60,290 bases of DNA from contig RSEE01000084.1 in assembly GCA_003971905.1 (NCBI GenBank), positions 248,001 through 308,290 of the forward strand, in the 5' to 3' direction. The position numbers were made by a program, and so were the translations under genes. Of this stretch, positions 34,885 to 47,679 are shown one piece after another. The number at the start of each line of letters is the position of its first letter. Position 1 is the first letter of the stretch. The notes under the pieces are model-generated. The model was not told where the DNA came from, did no database searches, and saw only the letters and a program-made list of their open reading frames with translations. The DNA is from Moniliella sp. 'wahieum'. Taxonomy: Eukaryota.

Positions 34885-36531
34885 ATGGTGTCCCCAGTGC
34901 CCGCCGCGCGGATGCTTGGCAGGACGACCTCCTACCATCATCCGCCGCCCCCGAACCCCCCCGCGCTGGCCCTGTGCTCTTTGTCCCCGCCGCCTCGGCT
35001 GGAGCACCATTGACATTGCCACCCCACCACTCCCGAGGCTGCGACGGCGGCGAAGACGAGTTCCTCGGACGAGATGATTGGGGAACCCTATCCGCCTTCC
35101 ATCCTTCGGTTCGCCACCGGGACGCTGAACTCGGCCCTTATGACGTACCTTTGCCCCTTCATCGATACTGTCTCCTGCCCGCGCCTCAGGGGCCGTGTGC
35201 TTCACTCTCCTATGGTTTGTCGCCTTGCTCGCCTTAACGCTGGGCACGCTCCTCGAGCTTGGCCGCTACTTGATGCCACCAGTACAGGAGTACGTTTTCA
35301 ACCCAGCCCCCCTCAGGCCTTCTTTTCGTGTATGCTTATGAACAGGGCTGACTTGACCAGGCCCGACCGCTCCTCGCTGAGGTGGCCCACTTCTCGCGCA
35401 GATCTACTAGCTCTCATCATGCTCTGGTTCACTATGCTGCACGTGGCCTTGGCATAGCCGCATTGTGCACCTGGTACTCTTTTGCTTGTATGGTTGCTCT
35501 AACCCCCCTCCTCCTCCTCCTCGCATGCTAACCCGCTTGGCTTCGGCAGCGTTCAGGCATTCTCCCTTCCTGGTACTCTGATCCTCAGTGTGCTTGCTGG
35601 AATCATCTGGGGCCCACTGAAAGGCACCCTCTTCATCCTCTTGGTACGCCCTTAATCCAGCGCCCTGTCCTACTCATACACTTACTTGATATCCTATTTC
35701 TACAGGCGACCGTGCCCAGCACCGCTCTTGCATGCGGTATGGCCAGGCTCCTCCGCTCCTCTCTGGCTGGCGTGGGGCCAGTTGAGCATAGCATTCACGC
35801 TTGGCGAAAAGAAATGATGCGGCCTCATCATCATGCCCAATTGCTGCTGGCCCGGCTCAGCCCTTTGACTTGGGGCGCAAAATCACCTTTGTGTGCCTCG
35901 ACGGGCTTTACCTCTGATCGTCATCCTTTTTACCGTCGTTGGCCGTGTTCCTTATGCTGGGTGCTACGTCCTCCTTGGATCTGCCCTGGCCGCGTACGTC
36001 GAGAGTGGGCCCATTCTTTCCCCCTTGCTGGGCGCCACCATCTTCCTCCTGCCCATTATCCTCGCCTCCCACTACCCGCGCCACGCCAACATTTCTCTCC
36101 CGTCGGCACCGACGAGAGGTTACTATGGAACGATGACACCCCCCTCGCCATCAGCTGTGCTTCCGTCAACGAACCGCGGATCGTTCGTCAGCGCCCCCTC
36201 GCCTACCCCTTGGGCCGAGTCGACTCAGGGCAGCCTAGCGGGGCTGGGGGTCGGAATAGAGGCCGGGGTCGGGATTGGGGGTACGCTCAGCCCGCCTCCC
36301 GAGGTGGACAGTGCGACAGCATGGGGTCCCAGTCCTAACAACACTTCTCGCCTTATGCGACCGAGGAGTGTACGGGCACCCTCGTTGCCCGATGGCGAAT
36401 GGGACGTACGTCCACCCCAATCCACCCGGTCCATGGCCACCCGCCTAGGCACAATCCTTTTTCCGACTCGGACGAGGAAGGTGAGGAGCGTACCACCCCC
36501 CGCGAGGAATTGGAACAACGTGCCGCGATAG
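34885..36531 (+). CDS. Membrane protein, DedA/TMEM41 (SNARE-associated VTT domain)-like; multi-exon
   Basis: Exon ~35550-35643 encodes FQAFSLPGTLILSVLAGIIWGPLKG, resembling the TMEM41 F..PG...LS.LAG..WG motif; further TM segments follow; an intron begins at GTACGC 35644. Confidence 0.5.
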
Positions 36532-37065
36532 AGTGGGGGATATCCAGTCGCATCTCGCATTAACTCCCTTCCCCCCTTCTCGCGTAGGGAAGGTAGTTTT
36601 GTCTTGTTTCTCTGGTCCTTGTTCTTTTTCCTAGCCCACTTCATCCAATTACCTTCCACTTGGGTTTTGGACCGCTATCCGTCAAGGACGGAACGGCGAG
36701 GTTCTCGTAGAGGCTAACCCTACTGTGCATATGCACCTTCACAGTACCGAAGCCGGGGAGGCCTCAGACATCAGCCGACGATGGAGATGGTATGGGGTTC
36801 AGATGGTTAACGGGATATGGCCCTATACGATCCTGAGCTGAGGGCGATAAATACTACTAATATAGAAAACCCCAAACGGGCTGGTGGGAAAGCTCAATGT
36901 GTTAGTGTTGGTAGGATTGAGATCTACAATGGGAAAGCGCGCTACAGAGGAAAGTAAATTATTAAGGAAATGGTTTGGAAACCATCATTGTAGGATGTAC
37001 CAAGAGGGATAGAACAGGAAGGTGAATGGTCGGAAAATAAACATAGGAAAGGAGAGCGAACGCAG

Positions 37066-38484
37066 TCACAACTGAGACTGGACAGGAAGCAAGCGCTGAA
37101 CCGCGCCACGGAGACGGGGCGCTTCCTTCATGGCCTGGATAAAGAGCTCGAGAGCGCGAGCGATCGTGGGGTTCTGCTCGTCGACCCGGCATGGTGAGGT
37201 GGGGGGTACCCGCCTCTTCCGCCGCAATCCGGTCCAAGGCGAGCTGGGCAAGCGTACTGTGCCCAGATTCTTGACTGGCGAGGTGGTAGGCCAGGCCTTT
37301 GGCTTCCTCAAAGGAGCGCTTGCAGGGAAGAGCATGAACGGCGATACTCATGTAGCTCGCATCCTCCTCCCTCTCCACCCCAACTTGGCGTGTGAGTGCC
37401 AAATGGAGCTGGCTGCGCACGTGGCCCAGTTGAGCACCCATACAGATCCATGGTTTGGGAGCAGGCAGATGCGCTCCCTGCTTCTCCATAAACTCCATCG
37501 CCTCTGTCATTGACATGCCCAGAGAGGAGGGGCCAGTGTGGTAGCCCACTTGCTCGCCGTCTTCCTTTCGGAGCGATCCGTGGCAAATGTGCTTAGCACC
37601 CTTGCCGGTGACTTGGATGTGATGCTGGAGGTTCTGCGGCTTGCCGTAGGCCAGGAGGCAGCGGGGAAGGGAGCACATGTACAACGTGTTTTTGACCGTC
37701 GCAACCACACCCGCCTCTTGAGAACAAGAATGCTTCCGTGGCATTGCTGGACATGTTCCTGAAGCTCTTTGGACGTGGCAAACGTGGCCAAAAGCCCGGA
37801 TCGCTCCTCTTGATGAGCGGCCTGCAAGACTGCCTGGGTTTCAGGCGAAAGAAGAGGCAGGCACTGCTCCAGCACCACAATCTCAGGACATTGCGGAGTA
37901 AAGACACGCATCCACTCTAGCTTGCACCACGGTGCGCCACATGCGTACGGACGCACTAATGGGTCCCCCGGGCGTGCCACCACGTCGCTTCGAATACTGC
38001 GGTCCCGGCCCTTTTTGCTCTTAGGTTCATCCTTCTTCTTTTTCTTGCTGGATTTGGTGGTCTGGGAACTAGGATTGCCAAGCACCAGGGCACGGGTCGT
38101 CGGCGATGAACGCTTGGGCTGACGGTTCAGGCGAGACTTGTCCAAACCTGCTCGGTTGCGGGCTTTGGGGCAGGGACGAGAAGGAATAGGGGGAGGGGAA
38201 GCCTCATCTGAAGAAACGGTGAGGCCATCCGAAGTGCTCATAGGATCTTGATTTTGAACGGAAGAAGGGCTGGGAAGTGTGGAACCAGTAACAGCGGACA
38301 ATGAAGCGGAGGAACTCGACTCCTGGCGCCCTTGCCATGCAGCGTAGGAGGCAGGTGGCATCGCGAATGGTTGAACCACAGGAGGGATGCTGCGAGAATG
38401 GACAGGTGGAAGGCGTTGCGTCGACAAGTTGACAAGGATACGGGCTGCTTCCACCACCTCAGAGGAATGGCCCTGGTGGCTCAT
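37066..38484 (-). CDS. Putative C2H2-like zinc-finger transcription factor
   Basis: Ser/Pro-rich N-terminus, basic NLS KKKKK, RPYACGAPWC...FATSKELQEHVQQCH and YMCSLPRC...YGKPQNLQHHIQ finger-like motifs. Confidence 0.55.
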
Positions 38485-40942
38485 CGGCTCGGCTGTAAAA
38501 ATGGGAAGTGTTAGTCGTATCTACGCTCCAGGAATGAAGAGAGGGCATGACGAACCGAAGTGGTGCGGCATCGTTCAGTGGTGAAGGTGTTGGGGGGTGA
38601 AGGTGAAGATGGGAGGGAAGGTGAAGGTGGGGGGGAAGGTGAAGGGGAAGGCGATGGTCGGGGGTATTTATGGCCGGTGCTGCTGGCGGCTTTGGCTGTC
38701 GACGGGACGGACTGGTCTACTGTCAAGTCAAGCCTGGCATTAAGATCGAAGGCAAATAAGAGTGGGAAGGGGGACGGGGCAATGTCTCCCGCCTGGTCTA
38801 CTCTGTGAAACATTCTGAGACCTGCCTTAGGTCTCAGGCAGAGAGGGGGTGGGGGGACGGGGGCAGTGGCTCCCGTGGTGGTCCTCCCTACCGTCAGTTT
38901 GCCGACGCATATACAGGGCTGGTGCGGATCTGTAACTTCAGCGTCTGTACTAATACCATTATTAGTTGCCCGCACAAGGGAGAGGATGCTTGAGTTGCGT
39001 GCATTTTTGTTGGTCACATAAAAATAGTGTGGCCGTCTGACATGGTGGTGGGGGGCGGAATAGACAGGTCGAATGAGTCTACAGTGAGGCCTGAGGACGG
39101 AGGACGCAGTGGGGGAGGCCGATTCGCCTGTGTGGGAGACCAACCACCGACCACGGATCATCGATCATCGATCATCGATCTTTTTTGATCGTCTAACCCC
39201 CTGCGCCTCGCTTGTGTCCGGCCGACTCGTTTCCCCCGCATGTCTCAGATGCACGCCACTCCCCCCGCGGCCTGGCGGCGGCAGTGAGCAAGTGCCCCCG
39301 TGCCTGCTTTTGTTATGCATGATGCATGACGTGGTGCAGCACATGCATAACCCCGGCAACCTCGTCCATCCTGTTGAGGCGTGTGTAAGCCATGCGAGCA
39401 ATAGTCGAAATACTCGATCATCTTCAATGCCGGGCGAGGTTTGGAGTATATGCCAGGGTTAGCGTGGTTGCACATGTGAGCCTGTGAGCTTTCGGATGAA
39501 CGCTGAACGTTCAGTTCAACCCTGAACGTACGCTGAACCATTTCTACTCCAATATGTTGAAGGGGGTAGTACTATTAGGGTTCCCTCATACGGCCCTCGG
39601 TTGATCTCAACAACGGTGACGCGGTGACGCTCGCCTATTAGCCGGGCGGAAGCGCTCCGCTCGCAGGCTGCGCATCACCATATTATGTGCCGTCCTTATC
39701 TCCAACAGTAGCTGCGTCTCGCAGCCTGGCACCTTAGTATATAATTATCCTCTCGACACTCGTCCCTCTCGACTTCTTTCAGATCTCACTCCGCTGCGTC
39801 GGTATCGTAGAATAGCGGTGTCGTACATGCTTTCTGGCATCCTTTTGTGGTCGTTATTACGCGTTGCGCGTTATACAAACCTATTTACACCGTACCATGA
39901 CATTGCAGCATGCCACACAGTCCAGCACAGCGAACCAAAAAAAGAAACCCCACAAGGATCCTCGATCCAACTGCCACGGTGAAATGATGGTGCAGATTCG
40001 CTGAGCGCTGAGGCCTGAGGGCGCGGATGCACGCCACACATGGCAACGTGTCTTCATGATACCAACATACCCAAAACGAGTCACAGAAGAAATCGCAAAT
40101 AGCCACAGTGTAACCTTAGCTCGGTGTCAGACAAATGATACATGATGCCGTGCATGCCATGGAGGACACGCATGGACAAAAGTCACTGGTTGCCATGTGA
40201 GAGCTAATAAGTACTAAGTCCGCAAATGCACCTGCGTCCTTCACGCGTCAATCAATATATTCAATCCAATAATAAAACGTGCAAACAGACCCCAATCTTC
40301 TCAAAAGCTAGAAGGAAGTGAGGCCTGAAGCAAAAGGGGCAGGGGAGTCGTTATGCCCGTAAAAGCAAAAAAAAACAGGTCGTCGGTCGACTGTCATCAT
40401 TCTCAAAAGGCGTTACTATACGCGTTATGCACGTAAAACGTTAAAGTGGCATGCACAGCAAAAAAGAGAAAAGGTCGTCGATCTCATCAGTAAAAAGAAA
40501 GGTAATCATTGGGTGCCTAGCAGACTCAAGTCAGCGACGGTCCGACGGTCCGGTACTGACTTGTTGGGCTCATGATCGCTAATGTTGTCGTCAATGATGG
40601 ATGGTCATGAAGAGTTGTCGATCACGCGTTGGTGCAAGTTAGTGGGCCTCTTCTCCCCCCTGGCCGTCACGGCCATCAGGACCTTTGGAGCACGTATTGT
40701 CCTTCTCCTTGTCCTGTTCCACCGGACTTCCCGCACACACTTGGTCCAGAATCTGGTGCAACCGTACCCGATTGGCATATGCCCTTGTAAGCCTCTTGCG
40801 CATCTTTTGATCCAGCCCACTATGCCCAGTGATCAGGATCTGCATTATGAAGGCTTCGATCGTCATGGGTGGTGGAAGTTGCACAGCAGCTGACCCATCA
40901 TGTTCCAGCGCATCCCCGAAGCACCACAGATCAACCCAAGGA

Positions 40943-41140
40943 TCAAAGGGTCCGAACGGAGCTAGGGGCAGGACAGAGACGCGTCGGGTGGTCATCCGTC
41001 TTCCAAAATAAGCATTGCGGGCAGTTGGCAGCCTTGTGGCCAGGGCGACGGCAGAGGCGGCACAACTCTCGGCGTGGATTGAAGGGACACCGTGTGCGAG
41101 TGTGGTTGTTGGTGCAGCAATGGGGGCAAAGCCAGTGAGC
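40943..41140 (-). other. Isolated array of three CCHC zinc knuckles (gag/ORF1 relic or degraded nucleic-acid-binding gene)
   Basis: CPHCCTNNHTRTRC, CRLCRRPGHKAANC and CLFWKTDDHPTRLC fit Cx2Cx4Hx4C (the third is degenerate). Confidence 0.6.
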
Positions 41141-42323
41141 ATGGGTAGGGAGCATTATAAGGTAGTGGAGGGACGCGTCGACGCGACTCTGTCATATGCC
41201 CGCGATCGTTGGCGTAGCCAGCCCCACCCAGCCGTCACGTGCAGGCGGGCGAACAATACGGTTGTTGGCGGATTCTTGTGCACCTCCGATATAGAAATTA
41301 GAGACCCTCCTCTTTGTCCTGTCTCCTTCCCTTCAGACGTTGCTTGCTTGAAGACTTGCAGTGGCTCACCATTTTCCCTTGACACCTTGTCTGCACAGCG
41401 GATTACGACTGTGCTTTGCAGCTGATCCATACTAGGATCGCGAGAATGCTCTCCAAAAGTCACACTCTACCAGCACAAAAAACAAGAATGAGACTCTAGT
41501 ACTACTAATATACAAGACTTTTCCACTGTGCTTCAACATTTTATTGTGGACGTCTTGGTGGCTTCTGCTTGATGGATAACAGTGCAAGCCTTTTGGTACT
41601 ATCGATCGCTATCCTCTTCATGAGGACAAACGAGACAAACTATGGATTTCCGCCCTAAAAGTTCCTCGCGCTAAACCTGCCATCCCGCCATACCGCCCGA
41701 ACGGGGTTGCCAAACAACAGAAGAAGGAACCTTCGCCTTTATTATAGTTGATGCCATCCATCATCATCGTCTCCCCTGTGCCGCTGGCGGGGCCAAAGTG
41801 GCTAACCCATCCGCCAAACAGTCCAACATATTCGCTGCCACGTTCCTTTTCCCCTTCACCTGGGCCCTGACTTCACTGTCAGTGACCGTCTCACAGAAGG
41901 CCCACACTCTGTGGCATCGGATCTGTCGCAGGAACTACAAACACTAATGGATTTCGGACCCCGCCGGACGAACTCCAGTTTTTTCCAAGTCTCTCTGCCC
42001 TTGCCTCTGACCCCACCCAGTGAGGGACGCCGGCAGATAGCAATGAGGCTCTCGAAGTATAGAAGGACGATGATGATCTTCTCTATAAGCGCCTCTCCTT
42101 TTCGTCAGTACTGCAGATGGGATGGGAACCGCAACTGCGAACGCTTCTGATGTGAGCCGCATCGCTAGCAATAGCTATCAGACACATAAAGTAATACACA
42201 TGGTACATTCTACTCTGTAAGTGTTCTGAACGAGGACGCCAAACTTGTATAGCGTCAACCGGCGAAAAGGATGGGGATTCCGCTCCATCGACGCGACGCA
42301 AAGTGTGGGAAGTGCGGGCATGC

Positions 42324-44645
42324 TTATGCGCCATCGGGAGCACTGGGCGAGGAACGCATCGCTTCAGTTGCAGGAAGAGGGGAGAGAAGTTCCCCCTCCC
42401 GATCGGGCTGGAGGAACTGCTGAAACAACAGCATATCGTCTGCCGTAGGCTCGCCCAAAGGCGCCTCAGTTGGGGTTGCAGTATGCGCAGAGACAGAGGT
42501 AGGACCAGCAACGTGCGACGGGTCCTCTTTGTGCAGGCTCTGGGCAAGAGCAGCGATGGACTGTTGCAACGCTTGCGCATCGGCGTCTGTCGAGTTCAAT
42601 GCTTCTTCCAAATGAGCTGGCGTGGGCATCGGGGACGACGGCGCTGTCCCGGCGGGCGAACCAGGCTGGTTTAACAATTGTTGAATCCACGACGCGACCT
42701 GGCCTTTACTTAGCGACGCAGGCTTAGCTCCTCTGAGTGAAGGGCTCGCCTTGCGCACCTGGGTGCTGGAGGAGTTCGATCGTACTAGGCTCGGCCGTTC
42801 CTCCGATGGGCCTGTCGGGCTGGGCGAGCGCAACCGGGTAAACGGGGGCCAAGAGGGAGTTCAGGAGGGGACACCGCCGAATACAAAGGATGCTCATCTC
42901 CTTTCCACCCACTTGGGCCTTCAATCATCACCCCCGTCGGGCGGGAGGAAAGACAGAGCCGCTCCCTGACGGGGTGGGGTGAGACTCAGCAGGCGGGCTT
43001 GGTGTTGGTGCTGCTGGCGTACCCATATCGGTAACTGAGTCCAGCAGTTCCTCAATATTTGCCTCTTGCGGGTAGGGGGCTCGGTCTGCGTCAAAGGAGG
43101 ACGTGCGAGGGCGCTTGGACGCATGCCCGCTCTCGTTTTCTTCCCCTTGGCAGGCAAATCCGAATCCAAGTCGCTTTCAGGTGGCAAAAGAGCCGGCACG
43201 GCTCCAAACCCCCCTAAGAAGCGAAGAATACGTTGAAGTACATCCTGATGTTTCCGATACCGTTTCTTTTCTTCTTGACTGTCTTGCCAAAGTCGGTGTT
43301 GGCAGTGCGCAGATGAGCAATCTCGCGCACCAGGTCGCTCTGTGTGTTTGCAGTGTTTGCAATATCGCCCCCAGGTTCACATTCATATTCCAAGCCCCGC
43401 CGGGCGGAATGCGTTCGTGGCACCATCGGTGTGAAGGACATATTGGGCATAGCTTCCTGCGGAGTAATTCCGGTTGAAGCCCCTGCAGCTGCCTTCTTGG
43501 GCGACCCAGGCGGATTTATCGAGGAAGAAAAGGAGTTGGTTTGGGCACCAGGAGCGGATGGTTAGGGGGCATAGGAGTAGGATTTGGGCTAGGTACAGGT
43601 GGTGGTGATTGCGAAGTCGAAGGGGTGTGGGTGTGTGGGTGTGGGTGCGGCAGGGTTGATTGCTGCCATATGCGGGTTGTTCCCCGTTAACGTTGCAGCG
43701 ACCGCAGCGACCGCGGCGGGGGTGCTGTGGAGTCCGTTGGCAACTAAGATGGCTTCGACCAACGAAAGAGGGACGTCGGAAGGAGGACGCCCATAATACG
43801 GGAAACCGCATTCGGCATACCCGGGGGCGGTGGGGCTCCAATAAGACCTACTGGCTGCCACGGAACAGAGCCTGGTGGGACCGAAGTTCGTTCTCCCGGT
43901 TCTTCGATCGTGGGTACAGAAGAGTCTTCTTCATACACTTTACGGCGCCTTTTCAGATCAGCGCTGTTGTGAGGAGTGGACTTTTGCGGACAACAAGGTT
44001 GAGCCATTCGGGATGGGCTCGCTGAAAATACTCATGCATAAATTCGCAGCAGCTCCAAGTCCTCCGATCCGACTTCTCCTGATGCGTGGAACTCGTTGAT
44101 GGCCTGATCGTCTTGCTGCTGTTCGATGGGGGTGCGAGTGCTGGGCAAGGACCCCAAGGAAGAGGCCAAGGGCTGGGTGGTGCTCGCCCTGCCCAGGTCG
44201 GGGCGAGGGCACCAGCCTGCAAGTGCGGTACCTTGTGGAAGCCATACATATTGAGCTGCCGCTCGAAGCTGCTGAGCTTGCGGTGGAGGAAGTAGCGTGG
44301 AAGCAGCTGCTCAGAAAAGCGGGCTGGGGTGCAGATAAAGATGGACTTGCCGGAGGGCTCCAGCGGATAAGGTCATGGTCGTGGGGTCATCAACCATGCT
44401 GGCAACTTGTTGACAAATGGGTGGTTGCGGTTGGTGGCTGTTGGGGAGAGAGAGGGAGGTGGGGGGGTGGGCAGTGGAAGGTATGGTGGAAGGGGCGACA
44501 GTAGTTGCATTCGGGAGTACGGAGGGTGCAGCGGTGTTGGTGGCGGCGAGAGAGCTGCCAAGGCGACTGCGGCTGGATCGGAGGATGACGGCATGGCGCC
44601 CACGGGCGGCGGTGCCGAAGCTGTCATGGGCATCGATGGCATCAT
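42324..44645 (-). CDS. Heat-shock-factor (HSF) family transcription factor
   Basis: DBD read across frames at ~44430-43985: PFVNKL..MVDD..DLIRWS..GKSIFI..FSEQLLPRYFLHRKLSSFERQLNMYGFHKVPH ... EFMHEYFQRAHPEWLNLVVRK; HR-A/B coil QSDLVREIAHLRTAN...QDVLQRILRFL at ~43340-43215. Confidence 0.9.
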
Positions 44646-45054
44646 GGCTTGTTTTCGTGTAAGTGTGGGACTGAGAGGGTGGTGGTAGCAGCGGACACGC
44701 AGCGGCGCGTTGGCGGCGACGACGGAGGAGGATGGGCTGGCGATCGGCTGCCAAAAATTAAAAAGCAGCTGAGCGGCCCCAGACTGGCTCGTGGGCGATA
44801 AAACCGTACATTTCAGTAATTCGCTGTCCCGTCCGCTGACCGAAGCTTGATGCCGCTCGCCTCATCGTGCCCACGACCGCCCGCACCAATCACTGACTGT
44901 CCATCACCTTACTAGACCTCCCCAGCCAGCACTCAGCCTCAGGCATCTGCAACATGCATCACCCTCGCCCGCTCATCGCGCGGGACACCGACCCCCACCG
45001 CCAGATGCATGCGTGCCAAATATACACTTCTCTTGAGTTACTCATGGCGGAGGC

Positions 45055-45290
45055 CCAGTGTGAGAGCCCTCAGCCGCTGAGGGGCTGAGGGCGCTGAAGG
45101 CGCTGAGGGCCGGTGAGCTGTGAGCATATGTGAGCACATGTGAGGTCCCGCCTCTCTCAGAGATCTCAGCTGAGCCGCTCAGGCTGAGGCGCTGAGGCAA
45201 GCTTGAGCTTGAGGCTATGACAGCGACTAATAGTGAGGCACTGGGGCCCGAGGCCCACAGTTACACCGCTCACGCTGAGCATCCTGCGCT
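45055..45290. repeat. Cluster of CTCAG/CTGAG quasi-palindromic short repeats upstream of the HSF gene
   Basis: More than a dozen CTGAG/CTCAG/GTGAG units, e.g. CCCTCAGCCGCTGAGGG and CTCAGCTGAG. Confidence 0.7.
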
Positions 45291-46134
45291 GCGGAGCGGT
45301 TGGGGAGTTGGGCGAGGTTGAATATTGAATGTTAGATAGTCCAGGCCCTATAGATCGCCTCTTGCGCCGCGACCCCTATAACCGCTTCTGTTTCTAGGTG
45401 GAGCGTGTGGGCAATGCGTTAACTTGACGGCGTTGAAGACACGCTCAGGCTGACAAGTTCAGTAAGCCTCATCCTCTGTTGCTGGGGCACTGGCGGGCAA
45501 TTGTGGGGAAGGCTAGGATACGATGAGAAGTGGCCTTAACATATCTCTTCTGGGCGAGGCCACGTCTGACGTCTGACGTCTCTGACCTCTGACCCGAGGG
45601 CGGCTGCGCCGAAGGGACCCAGATGCTATACATGCTGTTGGTAGCAGGCCGTAACGCGTAGCCACGCACTTCTATTTGCCAAGGTAAATCGAGCGATAGT
45701 GTTGCGCTGAACACGTTGAACGTTGACGTTGACATATGCATGACACATTGACATGCGACATGTGACAGTCACATGTGTGACAAGATAGAGACACAAGTTG
45801 CTGCGGGCCGCTTGAGCGCACGGTCCATCAATTGCATCAATCCACAACCACGGGACCGATTCGATCCGTTTGCTCTCGCATGGTCACACATGAAGTAGAC
45901 AGAAGCACCAAAGTGATCTTATTGATCCTGTATGTATCATGGCACGGATTAGTACTAGACAAAACACACCTCAATGTCTTCCGCACACGTCAGTGTGTTC
46001 GCGTCATTTGGCCCGCCCCTCACGCTCAAGCTAGTATCAAGCCTGATCGATCATTGATCCCCAGCAGTAGAAACGCTGTACATGCCACACACTATCTTCA
46101 TTTTTGGGAGGCTCCTCTCTTATCTGCATCCGTA

Positions 46135-46450
46135 TCATTGACAGAGCTTAAGTTAAGACTGGGACAGGGAAACACTACGCCTAAACCGACCCGCTCATCT
46201 TGCGTATGTTGCTTGGTAGCGCCACCCCTGTTAAGGAACCAGGGGAATCGCCAGGATATCAGGACCCTCTGGTGCCCGCCATCCGTTCCCATAACCGAAG
46301 TAGCGCGTGTGGACACGGATGAACGTGGTAGACACCCGAGCGAGGAACTATTTCCATTGAAAGTCAGTAGTCCTTCCAGTGCGCAAGCATCTTGCTCGTT
46401 ATCTTAGTGCCGTAATAGTATCCCCGCGTCGTCAAAACCAGGGGAAAACG
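46135..46450. repeat. Dispersed ~300-bp repeat, copy 2
   Basis: Same orientation and collinear blocks as 1391-1697. Confidence 0.85.
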
Positions 46451-47679
46451 GAATTATAAACTACCGGTCTTTCCGTGGCCACCTCAGGCTAAGGCACAGA
46501 GTGTGAGGCTTGGGAGCACGCCGGGATCCCATGGGATCACAACGGCAATAAATTAAGCAGCCTTCAGACAAAAGGCGTGAATGTTAGCTGTTTGATCCTC
46601 CGGCTCCCAGTCGGTAGACCAGATTCACCTCGGTTCTCCATCGGCTTCCGCGCTGCAGGTATCGTCCCAACGTGTGGCACTGTCCCTGTGCCCTGCACCC
46701 TCTCCTATGTGCCTCACTAGTGAAGGCAAAGTGGTGAGCCACAACTGTATTCAACCAAAATGTTCGATGAAGGGAAGGAGACATGATACAGAGAAAAGGG
46801 ATATAGGGCGAGCAGGGGTGCGTAGCTTGCGAGCGGAACGCTTCCACGCCACTAGGCGAGTGTGTCAGGGATCCACTTGAAGCTTGATGGCCGTGCGGGG
46901 GAACCCTGGCACTCCCTCCACACAACTAGACACCCCCACTCTATATATGATATCCATTTTGCCATTTTTATTAGCTGTCTTCTGTAGTGTGTATACATGT
47001 AGATGCCTTGTTCCTGCAGACTACTTCGCGCACCCCACGCAGCAAAATCCTGTAATCCACTCCCACGTCCGATGTCCATTCGAGGTTCCTTTTTACGCGT
47101 TGTTTCCTTTTGTGGCCGAGCCGCGGATTCATATGGGGAGATGTCTCTCATGGGGTCAATAGGGAAGAGACAGGGGGCAGCTCTGTTATCAACCTAGGGT
47201 GTTCGGTATAAGGGGACCTCTTCGCTTCGTTTTCCGCTTTCCATGTTCTCGATACCAACTCTTGGATCCGATAGGGCAAGCTGTTCAGGCCACCCGAAAG
47301 GAGGTTCGCCCCGTGTTGGGGTCTCCGGAGAGTGTCTATATTTTTACAGTGGTAATCAATGAAGGACGTGATACGAACGTGATATAGACGTGACTCCTAT
47401 GTCCCATTGATCATCGATCAGATCTCAGAGGGCGTGCTGCTGGCCCACTGCTACATGGGACGTGCTAATCAGCGAGTTACCGGTGACGTGTGACGGGTGG
47501 CGGCTCCCTTTGTTACCCGTCAGGCCTCAGGCCGGCCTCAGGGTGCAGTGGCCGAGGGAGAGAGATTTACTCCACCCCACTCCCAACACAGGAGCCAGTC
47601 CTGCATCCGCCACTCCACCTTGTCTGTCCTGAGGCCACCACCTTCATCTTCATCTCCCCCCCGCTGCACACCCGCCTCC

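Noticed and set aside
45055..45290. CRISPR-like or telomeric array
   Set aside because: No constant repeat with unique spacers and no TTAGGG-type tandem array; these are irregular micro-repeats in a eukaryotic context.
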